From positions 305,040,001 to 305,104,000 of the forward strand of contig OZ024740.1 of assembly GCA_964016885.1 (NCBI GenBank): DNA of 64,000 bases, written 5' to 3'. Positions 50,801-64,000 of the stretch are shown one piece after another. Each line of letters begins with the position of its first letter. Within the stretch, counting starts at the first letter, position 1. Under the pieces are notes generated by a model, which was not told the DNA's origin, did not search any database, and was given only the letters and a program-made list of their open reading frames with translations. The DNA is from Eledone cirrhosa (Eukaryota). The position numbers and the translations under genes were made by a program.

Positions 50801-53665
50801 TCACTAACTACCACTACTACCACCACCAACAACAACAACACCACCATCACTAACTACCACTACCACCACCACCAACAACAACAACACCACCATCACTAAC
50901 TACCACTACTACCACCACCACCAACAACAACACCACCATCACTAACTACCACCACTACTACCACCACCAACAACAACAACAACATCACTAACTACCACTA
51001 CTACCACCACCACCAACAACAACACCACCATCACTAACTACCACCACTACTACCACCACCAACAACAACAACAACATCACTAACTACCACTACTACTACC
51101 ACCACCAACAACAACAACAACATCACTAACTACCACTACTACCACCACCAACAACAACAACACCACCATCACTAACTACCACTACTACCACCACCAACAA
51201 CAACAACACCACCATCACTAACTACCACTACTACCACCACCAACAACAACAACACCACCATCACTAACTACCACTATTACCACCACCAACAACAACAACA
51301 CCACCATCACTAACTACCACTACTACCACCACCACCAACAACAACAGCACCATCACTAACTACCACTACTACCACCACCACCAACAACAACACCACCATC
51401 ACTAACTACCACTACTACCACCACCAACAACAACAACACCACCATCACTAACTACCACTACTACCACCACCAACAACAACAACACCACCATCACTAACTA
51501 CCACTACTACCACCACCAACAACAACAACACCACCATCACTAACTACCACTACTACCACCACCACCAACAACAACACCACCATCACTAACTACCACTACT
51601 ACCACCACCAACAACAACAACACCACCATCACTAACTACCACTACTACCACCACCACCAACAACAACAACACCACCATCACTAACTACCACTACTACCAC
51701 CACCACCATCACTAACTACCACTACTACTACCACCACCACCAACAACAACAACACCACCATCACTAACTACCACTACTACCACCACCACCAACAACAACA
51801 CCACCATCACTAACTACCACTATTACCACCACCAACAACAACAACACCACCATCACTAACTACCACTACTACCACCACCACCAACAACAACAACACCACC
51901 ATCACTAACTACCACTACTACCACCACCACCATCACTAACTACCACTACTACTACCACCACCACCAACAACAACAACACCACCATCACTAACTACCACTA
52001 CTACCACCACCAACAACAACAACACCACCATCACTAACTACCACTATTACCACCAACAACAACAACAACACCACCATCACTAACTACCACTACTACTACC
52101 ACCACCAACAACAACAACACCACCATCACTAACTACCACTACTACCACCACCAACAACAACAACACCACCATCACTAACTACCACTATTACTACCACCAC
52201 CAACAACAACACCACCATCACTAACTACCACCACTACTACCACCACCAACAACAACAACAACATCACTAACTACCACTACTACCACCACCACCAACAACA
52301 ACAACAACATCACTAACTACCACTACTACCACCACCACCAACAACAACAACACCACCATCACTAACTACCACTACTACCACCACCACCAACAACAACACC
52401 ACCATCACTAACTACCACCACTACTACCACCACCACCAACAACAACACCACCATCACTAACTACCACTACTACCACCACCAACAACAACATCACTAACTA
52501 CCACTACTACCACCACCAACAACAACAACACCACCATCACTAACTACCACTACTACCACCAACAACAACAACACCACCATCACTAACTACCACTATTACC
52601 ACCACCAACAACAACAACACCACCATCACTAACTACCACTACTACCACCACCACCAACAACAACAACAACATCACTAACTACCACTACTACCACCACCAA
52701 CAACAACAACACCACCATCACTAACTACCACTACTACCACCAACAACAACAACACCACCATCACTAACTACCACTACTACCACCACCACCAACAACAACA
52801 ACAACATCACTAACTACCACTACTACCACCACCAACAACAACAACACCACCATCACTAACTACCACTACTACCACCAACAACAACAACACCACCATCACT
52901 AACTACCACTATTACCACCACCAACAACAACAACACCACCATCACTAACTACCACTACTACCACCACCACCAACAACAACAACAACATCACTAACTACCA
53001 CTACTACCACCACCAACAACAACAACACCACCATCACTAACTACCACTACTACCACCACCAACAACAACAACACCACCATCACTAACTACCACTACTACC
53101 ACCACCAACAACAACAACACCACCATCACTAACTACCACTATTACCACCAACAACAACAACAACACCACCATCACTAACTACCACTACTACCACCACCAA
53201 CAACAACAACACCACCATCACTAACTACCACTACTACCACCACCACCAACAACAACACCACCATCACTAACTACCACTATTACCACCACCAACAACAACA
53301 TCACTAACTACCACTACTACCACCACCACCATCAACAACACCACCATCACTAACTACCACCACTACTACCACCACCAACAACAACAACAACATCACTAAC
53401 TACCACTACTACCACCAACAACAACAACAACACCACCATCACTAACTACCACCACTACTACCACCACCAACAACAACAACAACATCACTAACTACCACTA
53501 TTACCACCACCAACAACAACAACACCACCATCACTAACTACCACTATTACCACCACCAACAACAACAACACCACCATCACTAACTACCACTATTACCACC
53601 ACCAACAACAACAACACCACCATCACTAACTACCACTATTACCACCAACAACAACGACAACATCA
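47840..53665. repeat. Minisatellite of about 5.8 kb, unit about 43-49 bp (modal 46)
   Basis: Unit caccaccatcactaactaccactactaccaccaccaacaacaacaa with variable CAC/CAA counts. Almost no G on the + strand. Confidence 0.97.
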
Positions 53666-53929
53666 AATTTTTTAAAGGAATATTTGCAGGGACACCAAGA
53701 TTAGTAAGACAGGGTGAGATGAAATAAAGATGGCACATGTATTATCCTCAGACTAGAGGCATGTTTTGAATGATTGCACACAGAGCACCAAAGAGCCAGG
53801 TAGTCCAACGATAGGTATAGCCCATCTAACAAGATTCCACACAGCTTCCAGCTACCAAATTTCACTGAAGGCTATGGTCAATTTGAAACTATGATCGAAG
53901 ACACTTGTTCAAGGTGTGATGAAATTATA

Positions 53930-54115
53930 ATTATAGTGAAATTTATTGTGTACTATGCTCAGGTGCACTACAACTCATCAAAGGTGCATGTATAGTACAT
54001 AGAAACATGTACAAATGTCAGGAAAGTGAACAGTGTATGAGTCATGATATACACACAGATACATGCATGCGTGTGTATGGAAGGGGAATATCAGGTGTAG
54101 TGTTGGCAAATTGAA
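53930..54115 (-). mobile_element. CR1/L2-group LINE extreme 3' end (stop codon and 3' UTR)
   Basis: 'atatcaggtgtagtgttggc' is shared with the end of the ORF at 32570. Confidence 0.7.
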
Positions 54116-54309
54116 GCTGTATATCAAATATTGGTATGTACAATTATCAAATGCTTCACACATAAAGGATACAGTCATCATCATATCCAATAGACAATTA
54201 CAAGCAAGTAAATAAACATATATATATATTTAGAAAGAGAGAGCTATACACCATATCATCGGCCTTACATTCATTTTTTTTTTTTCACATGCTTGCATAG
54301 GTTGAGATA

Positions 54310-54480
54310 ATGATTCCTACTTTAGGCACAAGACCAGTATTTTTGAGGGGAGAGGAAAGCTGATTAAATCAATCCACATACTTAACTGCTACATTATTTT
54401 ATCAACTTTGGAAGGATGAAAGGTAAAGTTGACCTCAGCAGTATTTAAACTTATAACATAAAGAGCTGTAAATAAATACC
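54310..54480 (-). mobile_element. SINE family A, degenerate
   Basis: 'ggaaggatgaaaggtaaagttgacctcagc'. Confidence 0.65.
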
Positions 54481-54999
54481 ACAAGAATAGACAAATCAGA
54501 CACAGAGATGCAAAAACACAAAGTCTTATTAGTTTCACACTAAGGAAGAAGTAAATAAGGGTTTGGTGTGTCAGACATAAGTCTGGAGAGTTCAGAGAGA
54601 GAGAAAGAAAAGCTTGGAACAACGAAGTTTGGAAAAGGAAAAGGTTTTAAGAGGGCTGGTGAAGGTAGGCAAGTAGTCTAGCCTGTGGAAGTGGGGCCAA
54701 AGTGAAGAGTCAAGATGTATCATGGGTGTTGTTATGTGTGTGCAGATGGAGTGCATTTCGTGGATGTGCATTATTGCTTCTGTGTGTGTGTATATATAGT
54801 TTGTGTATCATTGTTGGAAGTGTGTATGCCTGTGTGTCTGCATTTGTCTGCAAATTTGTATGTACCTTTTGGTGTGTTTGCATGTGTGTGTGCACATGTG
54901 TATGTATGATTTTGTATGACTGTGTGCGTATGTTTATGTATGAGTGTGTGTGTGTATATATATGCACATGTGTGTCTGTGAATTTAACAATAAAAAATC

Positions 55000-55266
55000 T
55001 CAAGTCTGTCTCAAGCCCAGAAGCTCATTAGGTATTTATACCAGTTTCCTTGATGTTAAGTGATTGGAGTACAAGACTCTACCCTGGACAAGACACCAGT
55101 CCATCGCTGAATAAACCCCCAGCTACTGCTGGTACTCATTTTCAGGTGTATATACTGCAGCAAAGTGAAGTGTTTTGCTCAAGAACACAACACACATGGT
55201 CCAGGAATTAAACCCGCAACATTATGATTATAAGTCCAACACCCTACCACTAGGTCATGTGCCTTA
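55000..55266 (-). mobile_element. CORE-type SINE
   Basis: Homologous to 20350-20612. Confidence 0.7.
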
Positions 55267-55400
55267 CACACACATACACACACAAATATATATATATATA
55301 AGACTCTTTTCCTGTTATTTCAAGCATTAAATAAATATATTTCTTCAATGTACTGTGTATTTTGCCTTGTTATTTGTGTTTACCTTTTACACACATATAC

Positions 55401-55451
<51 letters not shown>

Positions 55452-55669
55452 GAGAGAGGTAGAGAGAGTCAAGTCAATATAATTGTTGATTAGGGATTTG
55501 AATAAAGGTTTCAGTTTAAAATTCCAAGAACATTATCAAGTATGGCAGCCATGTTGAAGCAGGTTAGAGAGTACAATGATCAAATATCATTATCACAACC
55601 TGGATGAGAACACTAATCTGAAGAAATCAGTTTATAATATATATGTGTGTGTATATATAAACATATATG

Positions 55670-55927
55670 TGTGCAGGAGAAAAGACTGCGTTAGTACGGA
55701 CATGTGATGTGAATGGATGATAATCAATGTGTGAAGAAAAGCCAGGAAATCCTAGGAAGCTGCAGTAGAGTTAATGAAAAGAGACCTGAGAGCTGACCTC
55801 AAATTGCTGAGACTCATAAAGGAGATGACAAAGGAATGCGGCAAGTGGAGAGATGCTGTGCTGAGAGAGAGACCCGTCCAACCTATATAAGTATGGAAAA
55901 ACATATGTAAAAATGATGTTGATGATG
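55670..55927 (+). mobile_element. RTE LINE 3' fragment with an internal deletion
   Basis: VQEKRLR*YGHVM*MDDNQCVKK...WRDAVL followed by a gatg tail. Confidence 0.8.
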
Positions 55928-55992
55928 TATGTATATATATATATATATATATAGATGTGTGTGTGTGTGTGTGTGTGTGAATGTATGTATGC

Positions 55993-56039
<47 letters not shown>

Positions 56040-56116
56040 AGTACGCATGTAAATGCGACTGTCAATTGCCAAGACTTAAGTGAATACATCTAAAATTATC
56101 CAGACACAATTAAATA

Positions 56117-59100
56117 CAATATCGACCTGACCCACCAAGGGACACTGATACCAGAGACCTGCCAACAAGATCTCAGTCCACTCAATATCAACTTAACCCA
56201 CCAAGGGACACTGATACCAGAGACCTGCCAACAAGATCTCAGTCCACTCAGTATCAACTTGAACCACCAAGGGACACTGGTACCAGAGACCTGCCAACAA
56301 GATCTCATTCCACTCAATATCAACTTAACCCACCAAGGGACACTGATACCAGAGACCTGTCAACAAGATCTCAGTCCACTCAGTATCAACTTAACCCACC
56401 AAGGGACACTGGTTCCAGAGACCTGTCAACAAGATCTCAGTCCACTCAGTATCAACTTAACCCACCAAGGGACACTGGTTCCAGAGACCTGCCAACAAGA
56501 TCTCATTCCACTCAATATCAACTTAACCCACCAAGGGACACTGGTACCAGAGACCTGTCAACAAGATCTCAGTCCACTCAGTATCAACTTGAACCACCAA
56601 GGGACACTGGTACCAGAGACCTGTCAACAAGATCTCAGTCCACTCAGTATCAACTTAACCCACCAAGGGACACTGGTACCAGAGACCTGTCAACAAGATC
56701 TCAGTCCACTCAATATCAACTTAACCCACCATGGGACAATGGTACCAGATACCTGCCAACAAGATCTCATTCCACTCAGTATCAACTTAACCCACCAAGG
56801 GACACTGGTACCAGAGACCTGTCAACAAGATCTCAGTCCACTCAATATCAACTTAACCCACCAAGGGACAATGGTACCAGATACCTGCCAACAAGATCTC
56901 ATTCCACTCAGTATCAACTTAACCCACCAAGGGACACTGGTACCAGAGACCTGTCAACAAGATCTCAGTCCACTCAGTATCAACTTGAACCACCAAGGGA
57001 CACTGGTACCAGAGACCTGTCAACAAGATCTCAGTCCACTCAGTATCAACTTGAACCACCAAGGGACACTGATACCAGAGACCTGTCAACAAGATCTCAG
57101 TCCACTCAGTATCAACTTAACCCACCAAGGGACACTGGTACCAGATACCTGCCAACAAGATCTCAGTCCACTCAATATCAACTTAACCCACCAAGGGACA
57201 ATGGTACCAGATACCTGCCAACAAGATCTCAGTCCACTCAGTATCAACTTAACCCACCAAGGGACACTGGTACCAGATACCTGTCAACAAGATCTCAGTC
57301 CACTCAATATCAACTTAACCCACCAAGGGACAATGGTACCAGATACCTGCCAACAAGATCTCATTCCACTCAGTATCAACTTAACCCACCAAGGGACACT
57401 GGTACCAGAGACCTGTCAACAAGATCTCAGTCCACTCAGTATCAACTTAACCCACCAAGGGACACTGGTTTCAGAGACCTGTCAACAAGGTCTCAGTCCA
57501 CTCAGTATCAACTTAACCCACCAAGGGACAATGGTACCAGATACCTGCCAACAAGATCTCATTCCACTCAATATCAACTTAACCCACCAAGGAACACTGG
57601 TACCAGAGACCTGTCAACAAGATCTCAGTCCACTCAGTATCAACTTGAACCACCAAGGGACACTGGTACCAGAGACCTGTCAACAAGATCTCAGTCCACT
57701 CAGTATCAACTTGAACCACCAAGGGACACTGGTACCAGAGACCTGTCAACAAGATCTCAGTCCACTCAGTATCAACTTAACCCACCAAGGGACACTGGTT
57801 TCAGAGACCTGTCAACAAGGTCTCAGTCCACTCAGTATCAACTTAACCCACCAAGGGACAATGGTACCAGATACCTGCCAACAAGATCTCATTCCACTCA
57901 ATATCAACTTAACCCACCAAGGAACACTGGTACCAGAGACCTGTCAACAAGATCTCAGTCCACTCAGTATCAACTTGAACCACCAAGGGACACTGATACC
58001 AGAGACCTGTCAACAAGATCTCAGTCCACTCAGTATCAACTTGAACCACCAAGGGACACTGGTACCAGAGACCTGTCAACAAGATCTCAGTCCACTCAGT
58101 ATCAACTTGAACCACCAAGGGACACTGGTACCAGAGACCTGTCAACAAGATCTCAGTCCACTCAGTATCAACTTGAACCACCAAGGGACACTGGTACCAG
58201 AGACCTGTCAACAAGATCTCAGTCCACTCAGTATCAACTTAACCCACCAAGGGACACTGGTTTCAGAGACCTGTCAACAAGGTCTCAGTCCACTCAGTAT
58301 CAACTTAACCCACCAAGGGACAATGGTACCAGATACCTGCCAACAAGATCTCATTCCACTCAATATCAACTTAACCCACCAAGGAACACTGGTACCAGAG
58401 ACCTGTCAACAAGATCTCAGTCCACTCAGTATCAACTTGAACCACCAAGGGACACTGGTACCAGAGACCTGTCAACAAGATCTCAGTCCACTCAGTATTA
58501 ACTTGAACCACCAAGGGACACTGATACCAGAGACCTGTCAACAAGATCTCAGTCCACTCAGTATCAACTTAACCCACCAAGGGACACTGGTACCAGATAC
58601 CTGCCAACAAGATCTCAGTCCACTCAATATCAACTTAACCCACCAAGGGACAATGGTACCAGATACCTGCCAACAAGATCTCAGTCCACTCAATATCAAC
58701 TTAACCCACCAAGGGACACTGGTACCAGAGACCTGTCAACAAGATCTCAGTCCACTCAGTATCAACTTAACCCACCAAGGGACACTGGTTTCAGAGACCT
58801 GTCAACAAGGTCTCAGTCCACTCAGTATCAACTTAACCCACCAAGGGACAATGGTACCAGATACCTGCCAACAAGATCTCATTCCACTCAATATCAACTT
58901 AACCCACCAAGGGACACTGGTACCAGAGACCTGTCAACAAGATCTCATTCCACTCAATATCAACTTAACCCACCAAGGGATACTGGTACCAGATACCTGC
59001 CAACAAGATCTCAGTCCACTCAGTATCAACTGAACCCACCAAGGGACGCTGGTACCAGAGACCTGTCAACAAGATCTCAGTCCACTCAGTATCAACTTAA

Positions 59101-61800
59101 CCCACCAAGGGACACTGGTTCCAGAGACCTCTCAACAAGGTCTCAGTCCACTCAGTATCAACTTAACCCACCAAGGGACAATGGTACCAGATACCTGCCA
59201 ACAAGATCTCAGTCCACTCAGTATCAACTTAACCCACCAAGGGACAATGGTACCAGAGACCTGCCAACAAGATCTCAGTCCACTCAGTATCAACTTGAAC
59301 CACCAAGGGACACTGGTACCAGATACCTGCTAACAAGATCTCAGTCCACTCAGTATCAACTTAACCCACCAAGGGACACTGGTACCAGATACCTGTCAAC
59401 AAGATCTCAGTCCACTCAGTATCAACTTAACCCACCAAGGGACAATGGTACCAGATACCTGCCAACAAGATCTCATTCCACTCAATATCAACTTAACCCA
59501 CCAAGGGACAATGGTACCAGAGACCTGTCAACAAGATCTCAGTCCACTCAGTATCAACTTAACCCACCAAGGGACACTGGTTCCCGAGACCTGTCAACAA
59601 GGTCTCAGTCCACTCAGTATCAACTTAACCCACCAAGGGACACTGGTTCCAGAGACCTGTCAACAAGATCTCAGTCCACTCAGTATCAACTTAACCCACC
59701 AAGGGACAATGGTACCAGAGACCTGCCAACAAGATCTCAGTCCACTCAGTATCAACTTGAACCACCAAGGGACACTGGTACCAGATACCTGCCAACAAGA
59801 TCTCATTCCACTCAATATCAACTTAACCCACCAAGGGACAATGGTACCAGAGACCTGTCAACAAGATCTCAGTCCACTCAGTATCAACTTAACCCACCAA
59901 GGGACACTGGTTCCCGAGACCTGTCAACAAGGTCTCAGTCCACTCAGTATCAACTTAATCCACCAAGGGACACTGGTACCAGAGACCTGCTAACAAGATC
60001 TCAGTCCACTCAGTATCAACTTAACCCACCAAGGGACAATGGTACCAGAGACCTGCTAACAAGATCTCATTCCACTCAATATCAACTTAACCCACCAAGG
60101 GACACTGGTACCAGAGACCTGTCAACAAGATCTCAGTCCACTCAGTATCAACTTGAACCACCAAGGGACACTGGTACCAGAGACCTGTCAACAAGATCTC
60201 AGTCCACTCAGTATCAACTTAACCCACAAAGGGACACTGGTTCCAGAGACCTGTCAACAAGGTCTCAGTCCACTCAGTATCAACTTGAACCACCAAGGGA
60301 CACTGGTACCAGAGACCTGCCAACAAGATCTCAGTCCACTCAGTATCAACTTAACCCACCAAGGGACACTGGTACCAGAGACCTGTCAACAAGATCTCAG
60401 TCCACTCAGTATCAACTTAACCCACCAAGGGACACTGGTACCAGATACCTGCCAACAAGATCTCAGTCCACTCAGTATCAACTTAACCCACCAAGGGACA
60501 CTGGTACCAGATACCTGCTAACAAGATCTCAGTCCACTCAGTATCAACTTGAACCACCAAGGGACACTGGTACCAGAGACCTGTCAACAAGATCTCAGTC
60601 CACTCAGTATCAACTAACCCACCAAGGGACACTGGTACCAGATACCTGCTAACAAGATCTCAGTCCACTCAGTATCAACTTGAACCACCAAGGGACACTG
60701 ATACCAGAGACCTGCCAACAAGATCTCAGTCCACTCAGTATCAACTTGAACCACCAAGGGACACTGATACCAGATACCTGCCAACAAGATCTCAGTCCAC
60801 TCAATATCAACTTAACCCACCAAGGAACACTGGTACCAGATACCTGCCAACAAGATCTCAGTCCACTCAATATTAACTTAACCCACCAAGGAACACTGAT
60901 ACCAGATACCTGCCAACAAGATCTCAGTCCACTCAGTATCAACTTGAACCACCAAGGGACACTGGTACCAGAGACCTGCCAACAAGATCTCAGTCCACTC
61001 AGTATCAACTTGAACCACCAAGGGACACTGGTACCAGAGATCTGTCAACAAGATCTCAGTCCACTCAGTATCAACTTAATCCACCAAGGGACACTGGTAC
61101 CAGATACCTGCCAACAAGATCTCAGTCCACTCAATATTAACTTAACCCACCAAGGGACACTGGTACCAGATACCTGCCAACAAGATCTCAGTCCACTAAG
61201 TATCAACTTGAACCACCAAGGGACACTGGTACCAGAGACCTGTCAACAAGATCTCAGTCCACTCAGTATCAACTTAACCCACCAAGGGACACTGGTACCA
61301 GATACCTGCCAACAAGATCTCAGTCCACTCAGTATCAACTTAACCCACCAAGGGACACTGGTACCAGAGACCTGCCAACAAGATCTCAGTCCACTCAGTA
61401 TCAACTTAATCCACCAAGGGACACTGGTACCAGAGACCTGCCAACAAGATCTCAGTCCACTCAGTATCAACTTAACCCACCAAGGGACACTGGTACCAGA
61501 GACCTGTCAACAAGATCTCAGTCCACTCAGTATCAACTTGAACCACCAAGGGATACTGGTACCAGAGACCTGCCAACAAGATCTCAGTCCACTCAGTATC
61601 AACTTAACCCACCAAGGGACACTGGTACCAGATACCTGTCAACAAGATCTCAGTCCACTCAGTATCAACTTGAACCACCAAGGGACACTGATACCAGAGA
61701 CCTGTCAACAAGATCTCAGTCCACTCAGTATCAACTTGAACCACCAAGGGACACTGATACCAGATACCTGCCAACAAGATCTCAGTCCACTCAATATCAA
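56117..61800. repeat. 66-bp tandem satellite, about 86 copies, with a long open frame on the + strand
   Basis: Unit aacttaacccaccaagggacactggtaccagagacctgtcaacaagatctcagtccactcagtatc translates to NLTHQGTLVPETCQQDLSPLSI. Confidence 0.97.
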
Positions 61801-62099
61801 GATATAATATACATATACGTAAACAAGACAAATTGCCCAATCTTGAACCTATGTATAATAGAAATTAATCAGAGAGGGGAAAAAAGGAGGGGAATGGAAA
61901 AGGGCATGCACACTCAATTTCAAGCTATTACAAGGAATGATATGGAAGTTGTATCACCAGAATAAACACACCAAAACAATTTTGTCAATATATAACACAT
62001 TTTGGCTAGACATAACCAGAATAAAATACAGTTTTTCTGGTCAAGCAGTTTAGTGGGTGAAAGTGGGGTGAGGTATATATAAATATATATATGTATATA

Positions 62100-62302
<203 letters not shown>

Positions 62303-62426
62303 AAGACCTGTGAAAATGTGTGATTATTTCATTGTGTTAGTATTTACATAGTTAAAATCTAAATGAAACACCTAAAAGATGTGCAAAGTGTGACAGTTAA
62401 TGTTGACTTTCTTGTAATAACTTCAG

Positions 62427-62481
62427 ATGTGTGGTATTTTGGTCACATAGGTGTCACTATGGTTACACCAATGCTGGACTG
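62427..62481 (+). other. Possible small exon
   Basis: 'cttcag|ATGTGTGG...GGACTG|gttagt' with two frames open (DVWYFGHIGVTMVTPMLD or CVVFWSHRCHYGYTNAGL). No homolog recognised. Confidence 0.2.
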
Positions 62482-62569
62482 GTTAGTGTCTGTACTGGTT
62501 AGTGCCAAGAACTCTCCATCAAGACCCCTGTGTATGTAAGTAGGGGGAGAGTTGGGAATAGAAAGAAAC

Positions 62570-62900
62570 AGAGATAGAGATAGAGAGAGAGAGAGAGAGA
62601 GAGAGTTAGAGAAAAAGGGAGAGTGTTAGTGAGAATGGAGAGGGCTAGAGTGAGAGGGAGAGCATTAGAGAAAATGGAGAAGGCTAGAGAGAGAGAGAGA
62701 GGGAGAGTATTAGAGAGAATGGAGAGGGTTAGAGAGAGAGGGAGAGTGTTAGAGGAAATGTAGAGGGTTAGAGAGAGAGGGTTAGTGTTAAAGAGAATGG
62801 AGAGAGTTAGAGAGAGAGGGGGAGTGTTAGAGAGAAGGGGGAGAAGGTGAAAAAGAGAAGGAGGGAGAGGATAAAAGAGTAGGAAGAGGGAGACAGAGAA
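62570..62900. repeat. GA-rich minisatellite of about 40 bp
   Basis: 'gggagagtgttagagagaatggagagggttagagagaga' is repeated. Confidence 0.85.
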
Positions 62901-63349
62901 AGGGATGCCATAGAGACTAGGTAAAAGCTGATGATAGACACACCATTGGCATATATATAGCCAGCATTTCAGGTGAGACTGACACAGGACTTTTTAAGAC
63001 TTATTGAGAAGACTACGTCTGTTAGAACCAGAAGAGAAATGTCATACTCTGTAATAAGAGTGTTCCTTTTTCTACTATCCTGCTCATTTTTTACCATTTT
63101 TACTAAAGGTAGGAGATCCTGCTTTATTCTCTTTACAACTGTCAAATCACATAACTTTAACTTTCAATTGCAGACTATCATTTGTTTATTTGTCTTTTCA
63201 AAATTAAATATTTTCATTGAAATTATTTGAAGAAAATATTTTAAAATAAAAGAATTTTTTTTATCAAAGATAAAAAAAAACCGAAGAAAATATGTTATGC
63301 TGAGAATTTATGAATTTGAGGAAACAATAGTTAGAGCAAGGAGTTAAAT

Positions 63350-63350
63350 G

Positions 63351-63382
<32 letters not shown>

Positions 63383-63620
63383 CTGTTGTTGTTGTTGTTG
63401 TTCTTCTTCTTCTTCTTCTTCTTCTTCTTCTTCTTCTTCTTCCTGAGAGGGTCGCTGAAGCAGAATCCTCAAACATTCTTTCCAGTGGGTCTTGTCAGAA
63501 ACAACCATTTCCAGCTGATCTGGCTTGATCCTCTAGTGAGACCAACTGAGCTCATGGATGTTATCCAACTGTCTTGCTCGGGGTCTACCCCTGGGTCTCC
63601 TGCTGGTTGGTTTTGCCAAA
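63350..63620 (-). mobile_element. RTE 3' fragment with an expanded (GAA)n(CAA)n tail
   Basis: Homologous to 11880-12050. Followed on the minus strand by the trinucleotide run at 63350-63441. Confidence 0.75.
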
Positions 63621-63824
63621 TGTGTTCCAGTTTTTAATTACATTTCTCTATGTTCTGACTTGAAATTCTGACTTGAAATTCCAGCTGAGCTAGATGAAAT
63701 ATGTACCGGTGTCTATTTAACCCTCTTGCTACCATATTTCTTATGAAAGATGCTGTCTTTGGTTTAAGAATTTAGAGGGATCTAATGATATAACTAACTA
63801 ACTTTCTCATTATTAAATAGTTTT

Positions 63825-63962
63825 ATCCTGCCAAGGTCAACTTTGCTTTTCACCCTTCCAGGGTCAATAAAATAATGTACCTGTTAAGAACTGGGGTTGA
63901 TTTAATTGACTTTCCCCTTCTTTCCAAATTGCTGGCCTTGTGTCAAATGTAGAAACAATTAA
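63825..63962 (+). mobile_element. SINE family A, 5'-truncated
   Basis: 'ggtcaactttgcttttcacccttccagggtcaataaaataa...ggccttgtgtcaaatgtagaaacaat'. Confidence 0.7.
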
Positions 63963-64000
63963 TAAGCAGTTTTGTAACAGAACTGGGAATGGTTTCAGGG

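Noticed and set aside
47840-53665. Mucin-like or His/Thr-rich coding repeat, or a telomere
   Set aside because: The 3n+1 unit places TAA/TAG in all frames, and there are no TTAGGG repeats.
56117-61800. CRISPR-like array
   Set aside because: The units are head-to-tail with no unique spacers, there are no cas genes, and the context is eukaryotic.

Overview
AT-rich, repeat-dense animal genomic DNA, not prokaryotic. The long (TA)n/(TG)n tracts, (GAT)n-tailed RTE LINEs and CORE-type SINEs suggest a coleoid cephalopod such as Octopus (inference). One complete protein-coding gene is supported: an intronless SCCPDH-family oxidoreductase (14467-15744, +). It is probably a retrogene and has altered conserved motifs. 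About 8.5 kb downstream is a deleted tandem copy of part of its CDS and 3' flank, which contains a roughly 350-bp near-identical tract suggestive of gene conversion. A few candidate exons on the minus strand hint that SCCPDH may lie inside the intron of a host gene. The rest is transposon debris: RTE, CR1/L2-like and CRE-clade LINE fragments, an internally deleted Gypsy element with both LTRs, non-autonomous Helitrons, Tc1/mariner-, hAT- and piggyBac-like MITEs, and two tRNA-derived SINE families. There are two arrays of about 5.7 kb: an almost G-free minisatellite of about 46 bp and a 66-bp satellite with a long open frame. Most ORFs in the track are repeat artefacts. I found no clearly new multi-gene system. 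All identities and boundaries were read by eye and are approximate.
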